From positions 1 through 64,000 of the forward strand of contig JAQGDQ010001001.1 in NCBI GenBank assembly GCA_030141605.1: 64,000 nucleotides of DNA, written 5' to 3'. The stretch is from Tubiluchus corallicola. Taxonomy: Eukaryota > Animalia > Priapulida. This document shows, piece after piece, positions 1-10,460 of the stretch. Position 1 is the stretch's first letter, and each line of letters starts with the position of its first letter. The translations under genes and the position numbers were made by a program. The notes beneath the pieces are model-generated. The model was not told where the DNA came from and did no database searches. It was given only the letters and a program-made list of their open reading frames with translations.

Positions 1-1480
1 TTATAACTAATAATAATCCTGAAGTGCGCAAATTTGATTTGTGATCGTTCCACGGCCTACCCACAGTTATAGTGACGAATATAAAGCATTCATTATAATT
101 ATAATTATATAACGTTGATTGTAAAAATGCAAAAATGACTAACAAGTACCAAGTGATTAAAAATAACGCCACAAAACTGCAACATTATCCATCTCAGCAG
201 AATAATGAAAATGTTTGCAATTCAAATTTTATTGTTGTTTCTACTTACTGCGACCTTCATCACGTCGTCACTTGCTCATGCGGTAATTCATAAATTGTTA
301 TAGTTTTATAAGTTTTATACTATAGTTTTTCTATTTTTAGGTACACATTGTACAGGCCAAGGAGTTCTAAGAATAGATTTAAGTTAATGTTAATTACAGA
401 GTGTAGCATTATTATCGTATAGGGGACTACAGAATAATTATGCGATCGCCTTTTTTGTATACTATAGTTGTCATAGCTATCTCGGGAGCTCAATGCAGCC
501 CTTGAACATCACAGTATATTCCAATACATTAACTTTTTTCAGTAGTGAAATAAGCATATTAATTCGTTAGCAATTGGTATTCAATAAGTATTTTTTTGTA
601 ATTCTTAATTTTTATATCCAGGTCAACGTGCTCTGTTATGATGACCTGCGTATGTTACGTCCTCAAGTTCAACGGCCGTGCCGTAGTTAACAAACACTGT
701 GACAATAAATAAAATGCTTATGTGACACTCAGGCTTATTATAGGCCAGGTTATATAACTAGTTTCTAAACGGTTATAGTTCCACCATTAATTATTTTCAA
801 ATTTCATAAAAAAAGTTTAGTTAAACTGTTTAAAGTGTAGAAGCTAACATATTTTGAAATTAGATTTTACCTATACGGTTAACTGTCACCGTTTCATGCA
901 TTATTATATCACGTGACTGAAGCCAGGTAGACGAAATTTGTCTGTTGAGTTCGTCCGGGAATTTCGCTCTACGTTGTCGAGTTGCGCAGACGTTCTCATC
1001 TCATAAAGCAATAGTCTAGTAGTTATAGTGTTTGCTTGCAAGTAAAGAAATCTGTCAACATGGTCAGGACATAGATGATAGTCACTTGTTAACGATGTTA
1101 CATGTTACCCATGGTGCTTACCTGTTGCTGATGATATACCAGCTGTCGCCTGTCGATGATACATGTTGCTAACGATGCTTACCTGTATTTATCTTACGTT
1201 GATGATATTTGCCTTCTGTCGATGGTTATTCCATGCTGTGGCTACGAAATTGGGACTAAGTATTTTATTCTTTACCTAGGGGTTACAGTTAAGTCACGGA
1301 CAACACATTTACAATAGCGAAAATTGAACTATTACACTAACAGCTTAAATGGGCCTTACGGGTGTATTAGGCCTATTTTATTAACATGCCTTTTTCAGTT
1401 GATGAACACAAAATCAGATCATACTTACAGGGTTTACGAAAAGTTCTAATTAATAGATAAATGCCTAATGAACGTAAATG
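1..1480 (+). repeat. Left arm of large near-perfect inverted duplication (probably continues beyond window start)
   Basis: 1-1480 is the reverse complement of 3818-5299 (ttataactaataataatcc at 1 vs ggattattattagttataa ending at 5299; inner junction 1480/3818). The only difference I found in spot checks is a 2-bp GC indel (tttgcaa ~214-220 vs ttgcgcaaa ~5078-5086). Confidence 0.95.
205..690 (+). CDS. Candidate small secreted peptide gene (signal-peptide exon plus uncertain downstream exon)
   Basis: 205-282 encodes MKMFAIQILLLFLLTATFITSSLAHA (basic N-region, hydrophobic core, A-x-A), followed by a GTAATT donor. Acceptors at 340 (ttttag, giving VHIVQAKEF*) and 621 (atccag, giving VNVLCYDDLRMLRPQVQRPCRS*). 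AATAAA at 704. Exon chain uncertain. Confidence 0.35.
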
Positions 1481-2312
1481 CACCCGTACATAGCCATATA
1501 AACATTTTATTTATTTTATTTGTTGTTATCACCTGTTATATTATTATTGTTGTTGTTACCAAACAATTTAGACTAGCAATAAACAACCACAGACAAATAC
1601 TCTACTACGGTATACTTCGTATAATTATTATTGCCTATACCAACAACTCATATTCTGGTGCCATCTGGCATTCCAATATATTGTAGTTTTAACACAGATT
1701 CCATATTTTTCCCAAACTGAAAATCGATTTCATGAGCTTAAGTATATTAAGTGTGCGCTGTCGTGAAACTGAATCAACCTAATTTGAATGTTTCTAAATC
1801 GGTTATCTAAATTGAAGGACAATATTAGGCTGAAAAGTAGACGTGTAAAATTGTGCGCATCTTTTCTTTGAACGAGTAGTGATCTCATCTAGCACCAGAT
1901 GGCGCGTAAATACCAGTCCATTAGAGTGCAAGATTCATTCAGTTTCATCTGGTTAACGTCAGCATGGTTAACACAAATTGTAATTACTATTATTATAAGC
2001 ACTGTAATTACAAATTTGCATGGATAAAACTATAAGAACAAGAACAGGGTTAAGTTAGGAGATAAGTTACCGCTTTCGATCACGAAATTCCTGCTAAAAT
2101 GTCCCCAGTTTTGGTGAATACTATTAAAATAGCTAGCAACTGTGCGATAAGTACACTGGAAGCAATCAAGTTGATCACTTAGACTAGAAGAAAATCCTGA
2201 AGACGTGCTTCAATAAAGTTCTATGGGTTTTATCTAAGAGCGAGCAACATAGCCAGTTCTATTAATTTGATTTTGATCATGTTGAAGCCCGAAAAAACTG
2301 TTGCCAATTCGA

Positions 2313-2758
2313 ACAGCTATCGGAAAAGGTCAAAAACGCAAAAAAAACAAAATTGACGCCAAATTTTTGGATAAACTACAAAAATCAACGGAATTTCACA
2401 GAAAATTAATATTAATAGGCAGTTATGACATCTATTCCAGAGTAGATTGACCTAATGGCGCCTTCAGACGTAGAGACTTCTGCAACGTTGCAACGTGTGA
2501 ACGGCTTGGTAACTTCTCTCGCAACTTGTTGCGACGTGTGAATGGCTTGGCAACTTCTTTCGGGGATAAGTTGCGCCACAAGTTGTGAGAGAAGTTTCTG
2601 CACTTGAACGCGCCATTAGGTAAATCTACTCTGAAATAGATGTGATAGCTGCCTATTAATATTAATTTTCTCTGAAATTCCTTTGATTTGGGTAGTTTAT
2701 GCAAACATTTGGTGTCAATTTTGTTTTTTGCGTTTTTTGACCTTTTTCCGTTAACTGT
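2313..2758. mobile_element. Palindromic MITE-like element within the spacer of the big inverted repeat
   Basis: Imperfect ~170-bp inverted arms (2313-~2482 / ~2590-2758, e.g. gaaaattaatattaataggcag vs ctgcctattaatattaattttc) around short gcaac...cgtgtgaa.ggcttgg repeats. Flank 2178-2360 resembles 39560-39730 and 63522-63700. Confidence 0.7.
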
Positions 2759-3817
2759 ACGTCCGAACGCACCATAAGAAATCCATTTTTGTTTCTTTTA
2801 TTTTAAAAATACGAAAACGAAATTAGGACAATAATGGTACCATTTTAACTCTTTCACCTAAAAATTTTTTACAAAAGCAAAAAGCAACTTTTTATTAATT
2901 CGACCTTCTGAATCTAAGGATCTGCTATTAGACCCCAAAAAAGATGCAAGCGACTAAAACAGCCGAATAAATAAAAAACAAAATGGCCGCCAAATTCCCG
3001 ATAGGATGTAATCTAGCTTAAAAAACTTGCTCATTTCGCCTAAAAGTTATGCAGGCGAAACTTTGCACAATGCTAAACTGCATCAAGGAGATTAATTTTG
3101 GATATGGAGTCGCCAAAAGTCCTCCAATATGGCCGACAAGACGATTGTCGCTAGCAAATTAAGGTCTTACCTTAAAAGTTACAACAGATAAGACGATAAT
3201 TTTTGGGTCTAGATATGGGTTTTAAGGGTCAAGGAACATACGTTTTGGGCTTAAAAGCACCTCTCCTTAATTTTATTTAGAATTTCAAGATGGCTGCAGC
3301 CACTGGTGTAATATGCTAGCCATATAGCGTGTTCTAAGGCAGGTAGGGTGATAATTTTAGTATCAAGATATAGGTTTGGAAGATAATTAGAGAATTTAGA
3401 TTAGTATTCAGTGCTGCCGCCATTTTCAGGATGGCCGATAAGATGGCTGTCGCTAGTCTAAAGACCACATCTTAGCTGTCAGAGCTTAAGATGATACAAT
3501 TGGTGTGCAATTGTAGTTTTTCAAAGTCAAGGAATTGACATGACAATTTTAACATGGTTGCCAAGATACCCGTAGCCACTTATCTAACATATTAACTATA
3601 TTGCTTGTTCTACTGGATGATGATTTTAAAGTTCAACGATTTAAGATGATATTATTGTTATTCATACTGAGTTGTAACAATGTCAACAATATCACGTATG
3701 CACGTACACATTCAATGTAGAGTCTGATAAAGGCCAGCAATAAGCAACAAACAGTTCAAGTTAGAATTTGTAGATCCTAGTACAAATAGGTATATATAGG
3801 CCACGCGGAGTACCTTA

Positions 3818-5299
3818 CATTTACGTTCATTAGGCATTTATCTATTAATTAGAACTTTTCGTAAACCCTGTAAGTATGATCTGATTTTGTGTTCATCAAC
3901 TGAAAAAGGCATGTTAATAAAATAGGCCTAATACACCCGTAAGGCCCATTTAAGCTGTTAGTGTAATAGTTCAATTTTCGCTATTGTAAATGTGTTGTCC
4001 GTGACTTAACTGTAACCCCTAGGTAAAGAATAAAATACTTAGTCCCAATTTCGTAGCCACAGCATGGAATAACCATCGACAGAAGGCAAATATCATCAAC
4101 GTAAGATAAATACAGGTAAGCATCGTTAGCAACATGTATCATCGACAGGCGACAGCTGGTATATCATCAGCAACAGGTAAGCACCATGGGTAACATGTAA
4201 CATCGTTAACAAGTGACTATCATCTATGTCCTGACCATGTTGACAGATTTCTTTACTTGCAAGCAAACACTATAACTACTAGACTATTGCTTTATGAGAT
4301 GAGAACGTCTGCGCAACTCGACAACGTAGAGCGAAATTCCCGGACGAACTCAACAGACAAATTTCGTCTACCTGGCTTCAGTCACGTGATATAATAATGC
4401 ATGAAACGGTGACAGTTAACCGTATAGGTAAAATCTAATTTCAAAATATGTTAGCTTCTACACTTTAAACAGTTTAACTAAACTTTTTTTATGAAATTTG
4501 AAAATAATTAATGGTGGAACTATAACCGTTTAGAAACTAGTTATATAACCTGGCCTATAATAAGCCTGAGTGTCACATAAGCATTTTATTTATTGTCACA
4601 GTGTTTGTTAACTACGGCACGGCCGTTGAACTTGAGGACGTAACATACGCAGGTCATCATAACAGAGCACGTTGACCTGGATATAAAAATTAAGAATTAC
4701 AAAAAAATACTTATTGAATACCAATTGCTAACGAATTAATATGCTTATTTCACTACTGAAAAAAGTTAATGTATTGGAATATACTGTGATGTTCAAGGGC
4801 TGCATTGAGCTCCCGAGATAGCTATGACAACTATAGTATACAAAAAAGGCGATCGCATAATTATTCTGTAGTCCCCTATACGATAATAATGCTACACTCT
4901 GTAATTAACATTAACTTAAATCTATTCTTAGAACTCCTTGGCCTGTACAATGTGTACCTAAAAATAGAAAAACTATAGTATAAAACTTATAAAACTATAA
5001 CAATTTATGAATTACCGCATGAGCAAGTGACGACGTGATGAAGGTCGCAGTAAGTAGAAACAACAATAAAATTTGAATTGCGCAAACATTTTCATTATTC
5101 TGCTGAGATGGATAATGTTGCAGTTTTGTGGCGTTATTTTTAATCACTTGGTACTTGTTAGTCATTTTTGCATTTTTACAATCAACGTTATATAATTATA
5201 ATTATAATGAATGCTTTATATTCGTCACTATAACTGTGGGTAGGCCGTGGAACGATCACAAATCAAATTTGCGCACTTCAGGATTATTATTAGTTATAA
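3818..5299 (-). repeat. Right arm of large inverted duplication
   Basis: Reverse complement of 1-1480, separated from it by a 2337-bp spacer (1481-3817). Confidence 0.95.
4608..5095 (-). pseudogene. Frameshifted copy of the candidate secreted-peptide gene in the right arm
   Basis: Mirror copy of 205-690 with 2 extra bp at codon 5-6 (TTT GCG CAA TTC AAA TTT TAT TGT...), which destroys the signal-peptide frame. Confidence 0.3.
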
Positions 5300-5627
5300 C
5301 TATTACTATTACTATCTGTATCACTATTACTATTTCTACGTGCATTACTTTTTCGCTTTTTGACATGGATACACTTTATCGAATGATTATATATTTTGAT
5401 TTATTTCCACAGAGTCAAAATAAATGACTCTACAGAAGTAGTTTATTTCAGCAGGTGTCATATTATATAGTTCAAATATAATACTTGAAAATGCACACAA
5501 ATTAAAAAATACATGCAAGTTGCATAATTAATAGGATGAATGATTACGCATCCGTTTCAATTTCCGCACATGCATTCATTCACATCATGTTGGAAATTCA
5601 CGATATCGTTATCAGCGACATCGCAGC

Positions 5628-5644
5628 CACGTGCGCATCACGTG
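5628..5644. promoter_or_regulatory. Perfect ChoRE-type element CACGTG-N5-CACGTG
   Basis: cacgtg cgcat cacgtg, ~4.8 kb upstream of the G6Pase ATG. Matches the ChREBP/Mondo-Mlx carbohydrate response element architecture. Confidence 0.6.
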
Positions 5645-6234
5645 GATAAATGCACATCGAACACGCATAATTTTATAACACGCGCGCTGTAGTCTTATTA
5701 TTTGCTAATATGACACATATATCTACATTTACACTGGACCATGCTTCGACTTGATGAAGTAACAACTAAAATAATGGAAAAACTGAACATGCAAATTAAC
5801 ATAGGCTTATTCGTTACCAAGCCAAGACAGATATAAAAGGCCGACTTTTGCCACAAGGAAAGAAAATGTCTTTGTGAAAACTACGATTATTTTTCACTGC
5901 CGAGCCATTACATTGCTATCCCTGTATACAAGATGAATTTTAATCTTGCTTCAGCCTAACATAAAATTTATTTAAATCAGAGTCCAAGATAAAGATAAAA
6001 TCTTCAATTGCAGGGCGGTTGCCAAGGCTTGCACAATGTTTATGGCAAGACCAGTACCTCGTTCTTTATCAATGATAACCCACTACGATGAACCACTGAC
6101 CTGACAGAGGTGTTTTGCATTTTCATATAATTCTCCCATGCGAAGTAAACAGATATAATAAGCAGAGCAAATGAAAAGCTCGTATATTTCCAACGAAGCT
6201 CACAAGTTTACGCATGTTTGAGTACGAGAACCTT

Positions 6235-6515
6235 AAGTGCGTTTAACACGAGAAAACACTTTACTTGTATAAAGCTAAAAAATCGTCTTGAAATTTTGTT
6301 TTACCCACGTACTTATTGCGCGTAGCTTCTATTAGCGGTAACGCTGTATAAAACTTGTAATTCTAAACTCTCATTTAGGATCGTTTAAAACGATGATATT
6401 TAGGAGCAACTATTTTAACGGTAGATCGTTTGAAACAAGTTTAGATAACACTGAGTAAACTTTGAAAAAATAATCGGTACGTACGTAGCGCACTTCACTA
6501 ACTAAGCAAAAGTAA
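6235..6515 (+). repeat. Dispersed repeat, second copy at ~43295-43545
   Basis: Shared blocks cgctgtataaaact, ttagataacactgagtaaa, tttgaaaaaataatc and cgtagcgcac occur in the same order at both loci. Confidence 0.75.
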
Positions 6516-7410
6516 GCAATTGATTATAAATACGTTTTTTCTTTGGCAAGTCAGTAGTGCAAACTCGGAAGGTGAATCAGTGACATTTTACCAGCTGGCT
6601 TGAACATTATTAAGGATTTTCTTTTCTAGTTACATTTAAGTCTTAGATAAGCATTAGGTAAGCGTAATGCTTAGTAATATAACTTTGTGTGGAAAGGTTT
6701 TTAGGACATACTTTAAAATTGCCTTTTCTTCCTCTTTAAGGTTTATATAAGTCCTCTATAAGTGCGATTCACTTAACAGTCTAGGTCTTTAGGTTCACGT
6801 ACCCACATTGTAGTGAATCAATCTACATCTTGCGTAAGCAGATATTTCTGTTTCATTTTGATTTAGCCGTTGGCAACCAATCGGCACTTGATATTTACAC
6901 GGGCCTGCAACCACGGCGGCGTTAAAGTTTGTGTTTACGTTCGAGAAAATGGCCAAAGCGCTTTTACGTAACGTAGATTTGAAAACTCAGAGAAATAAAC
7001 TAACTATAACGAATTGGAAATAATCAAATATCTTATATTATGAGTCAGCAACTTGAGGAAGAAACATGGCGATGTTTCAGGTTCTTACATTTTGGCTTAC
7101 GGCCTAAAATATGCACTTTGTTACTGTGAATACGATAGTGTCTTTTAAATTAGGCCTACTTACAGCACTTTGAAATGAATCTCCATTATCTTTTGTCAAC
7201 CTGTACATATTTAACCTATTTGTATCGTGCAAGTCGTGATATTATTTTCTCATTTATTCTATGGTTGACTTACTGATCACACTATACGAACCGGTAGCGT
7301 AAATCAGAAACTCTGATGATATTTTTAATTAATTTGTAATAATAAGCCCCTACATAATGCTTTAACTGTAATTATATTGGAAACTAACTCGTGTTTTCAT
7401 AAGCGTTGTC

Positions 7411-7427
7411 CACGTGTAAGAAACGTG
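7411..7427. promoter_or_regulatory. ChoRE-like element CACGTG-N5-AACGTG
   Basis: cacgtg taaga aacgtg; one mismatch from a perfect tandem E-box with a 5-bp spacer. Confidence 0.45.
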
Positions 7428-7741
7428 AACTCTATAAAACAGTTTCTGTGATGTGTACAAACATTGCGATGTGCACAATGCCCCAGCTAACGGGGTGAGT
7501 TACAGTTCATGTTGGGTGAAAAGAGCAAAACTCCCTGTTCCCAGCCGACCACCAAGTGACCGCAGTCTGCTCTTATAGCAGACCAATTTTTGGTGCGAAT
7601 ACATAAAAAGCAATGCCTAGGAGTGAAGTTTCCGTTAACCGGTTGCACTGGACGAAGTTCCCCCAGTAAAATACAGAAAACCCAAGTGTAACCGCTTTAA
7701 TACTGCAACATAATGCTGCGTGTTTATACATATACGCACAA

Positions 7742-7773
<32 letters not shown>

Positions 7774-8013
7774 GCTAGACTTGCATAAATTTAATATGAG
7801 ACGTCGCACGGAGCAGACAGACAGTGAGTTATATGTAGATGTATAACGCCAAACCGTAGCATGCCTTGTAAACAGGATTACGCAACTAGGTAAATGCGAT
7901 TTTTCGGTGAGGGCTGTCACCTCTGAAACAAAGCCTATTTTAATTAAAGTCATTAAAATGAGGTAATCATACATGTGGCCTGGCAGCTGCAGCACTAGTA
8001 GCCACTCCGTTAT

Positions 8014-8030
8014 CACGTGCTAGTCACGGA
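8014..8030. promoter_or_regulatory. ChoRE-like element CACGTG-N5-CACGGA
   Basis: cacgtg ctagt cacgga; a further single GTCACGTGAT E-box lies at ~8071-8080. Confidence 0.35.
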
Positions 8031-10262
8031 TTCTGCGGACATCTTATTGTGGTCAGTCAGCTGCTCGCCGGTCACGTGATCACAATACATAAATCTGTTG
8101 CTAAGGAGAACCAAGCTACATTGACCACAGAGCTGGGCCTGAATATTGCAAAAATAGAGGGGTGCACGACGCGAATAAAATCAAATAATTCTGATTAACA
8201 CTTGAACAGAAGAAAGCATCCAGAAATTATCTTTTTCAGCAAGTGCAAAATGCCGCACAATTCAGTTAAAACACTGATGGCAGAAACCAAGTGTAATCTA
8301 GCTGAATTAAATTCATCCGTTGGCCCGTTTAATTAAATGTGTAGAAGTGCCCAAATTTACTTGGACACAACACAAAGCTACCGTAACGGATGCGCTATAA
8401 ATTGCCCAACAGACGGTACATAATCCTCAGAAAGTGTTAACACTGAATGCCTGTCTATCTGGTAGCACAAAATAATTACTGATACCGTTACTCTCCTAGC
8501 TGCTAGATAGTAGTCAAAGAATTTTTCTCACCTGGACAACCAGAAACTCTAGTCTATTTCATTGTTGGTAAGTTATATTTATACATTATTATAGCCGTCG
8601 CTATTTATATAAGGAAAATATAATATTTTTAAAGAAAATAAATATAATTGATTTTGTAATGTACGTGCACTTTTATTAAATTTTTCAGATTAAATATAAG
8701 TTTTTAAATATTTTAATGCAATAAATTTTAAATTATATTATATAGTTCGACAGTGAATTACGCTGAACACTATTTTCGCCTATTAGCCATGATCAGCTGA
8801 CTACTTCTTACCCATAATTAAGAATTTAATTATGATTTAGATTTTGCTATGACAAAAGTTTAGGCCTTTAAAATTTGTTCTTTTTGTGCTTGTTCACTTC
8901 GCGGTTATTCTCATGTACAATTGCCGTTCGGAAACCTTTTAACCTCACTAGGAAGTTGTTTTCAACGAAAGATACCTTTATCGACCTAACCTAGAAACCC
9001 TTGATTAGATGGGGCTGTAGTAAATACAAGCGTATTTGATCAAGGTGTCCAGGCACAGACATGACAAACTGTTGATGACGTTTCATGCAAAAGTGCATTG
9101 GTAGGTTATGCCAACTCTGCCAAAGAAAAATCAGTTTACTTTTTATTACGTCACATAAAATTATCCCGTCTTGAAGGTGGGCGCTTTTGAATTTTCGCCA
9201 AAAGTTTAAGGTAGAAAGCTGTTGAGCAACTCAAATTCGCGGGAACATTAATTAATTGTATCAGAATGTCTAGACGCATGATGGAAAAATCCTTTCCGTA
9301 ATTCACCCGTTGAACCTAGACATGCGGGGTGGGAAATTCTCATGCCTGCGACTTCCGGGCGAGGGTTTTTGCACTGCACGTTTTTTTTTCGGTGGGTCAG
9401 CGCATTGGCAGCCATATAAAACAGCATTGGTTTTATCACAGCCGCCGAATGCGAAGCAAAAAATTATACTTACCAAGCTGAAAAGTCGTATTCAAAAACT
9501 TGGACCTTTGGAGGATATAATCATCTGTAGCGGTAATGTCACGTTTTAACATTAAAGCCAGTCAAAAAGTTCTGTTTATTTTCTTTTTTAAAACTTACTA
9601 CTATGTTGTGAAGGCCTCCGTTAAATAAAAGAAGCTGATGTTCATTTGTACAACTCTTTTGTTGAAATACCGAATTGAATCAATAGTACCGTGGGCCTTA
9701 CAACCCACAATATTATGTGCAAAAGAAAAGCGGAAAAAATGGAACAAAAAATTTGTCTTATCATAATCATGCAAAAATAATACTGTAAAACAAAACTAAA
9801 AAACTAATATCTGTATCAGACGTAGCTATACAGTAAACCCATTTTAAATAAATAAAGTTTAAACTAAACTAAACTAAAACCGGTTTATTCCAGCTGAACG
9901 TAAGGTTATAAAAAAACGTTAAATGTAGCCTAACCACTTTCCCGGGGCCAGAACTGCTGGTTAATTGCTTACTTGTACTGCCTACAAACAAAATAATCAT
10001 TGTGAAAAAATTATATGCAACTCGTTTTTGCTCATTTTTCTAGCAGTGGAATAAGCCGATTCGTATTTCTATTCGTACATATACGACAGGCTATGATAAG
10101 AATTTAGTGATGGCTTATTTACATAAACTTGTTGATTGGGGGTCGCTCGTCGGCCATCCCTCAGTAGCAAGGGCATTTAGAACCTGGACATCTCGTGAGT
10201 GACTGCGCATAAACATAAATAAGTAATGAGCAGCTGATTCGCTGGGGCACGAGACAGGCTTC

Positions 10263-10270
10263 TATATAAA
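10263..10270 (+). promoter_or_regulatory. Putative TATA box of G6Pase gene
   Basis: tatataaa ~200 bp upstream of the ATG at 10461; support is positional only. Confidence 0.35.
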
Positions 10271-10460
10271 CCGACTTTGAACTCTTGCGCACTTCACTTT
10301 TCGTTGACACTTGTTGCATCACGGCATATTTCATCATCCGCATGAAATACACTGTAATAGATTTAAATACACGCGTTTGTTTATAGACATTTATAGAACA
10401 CCGAGTAGAAGAGCTGCTCAGGAAAGCTTTAAGAGAAGCTGATAACAAAACGCTTGCAAA

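Noticed and set aside
5128-5427. 99-aa hydrophobic ORF
   Set aside because: GTG start, low-complexity ITITI repeats, and it straddles the known part of the inverted-repeat arm.
7573-8016. 147-aa minus-strand ORF
   Set aside because: Runs through a (TA)n tract (IYIYIY), non-ATG start, no recognisable domain.
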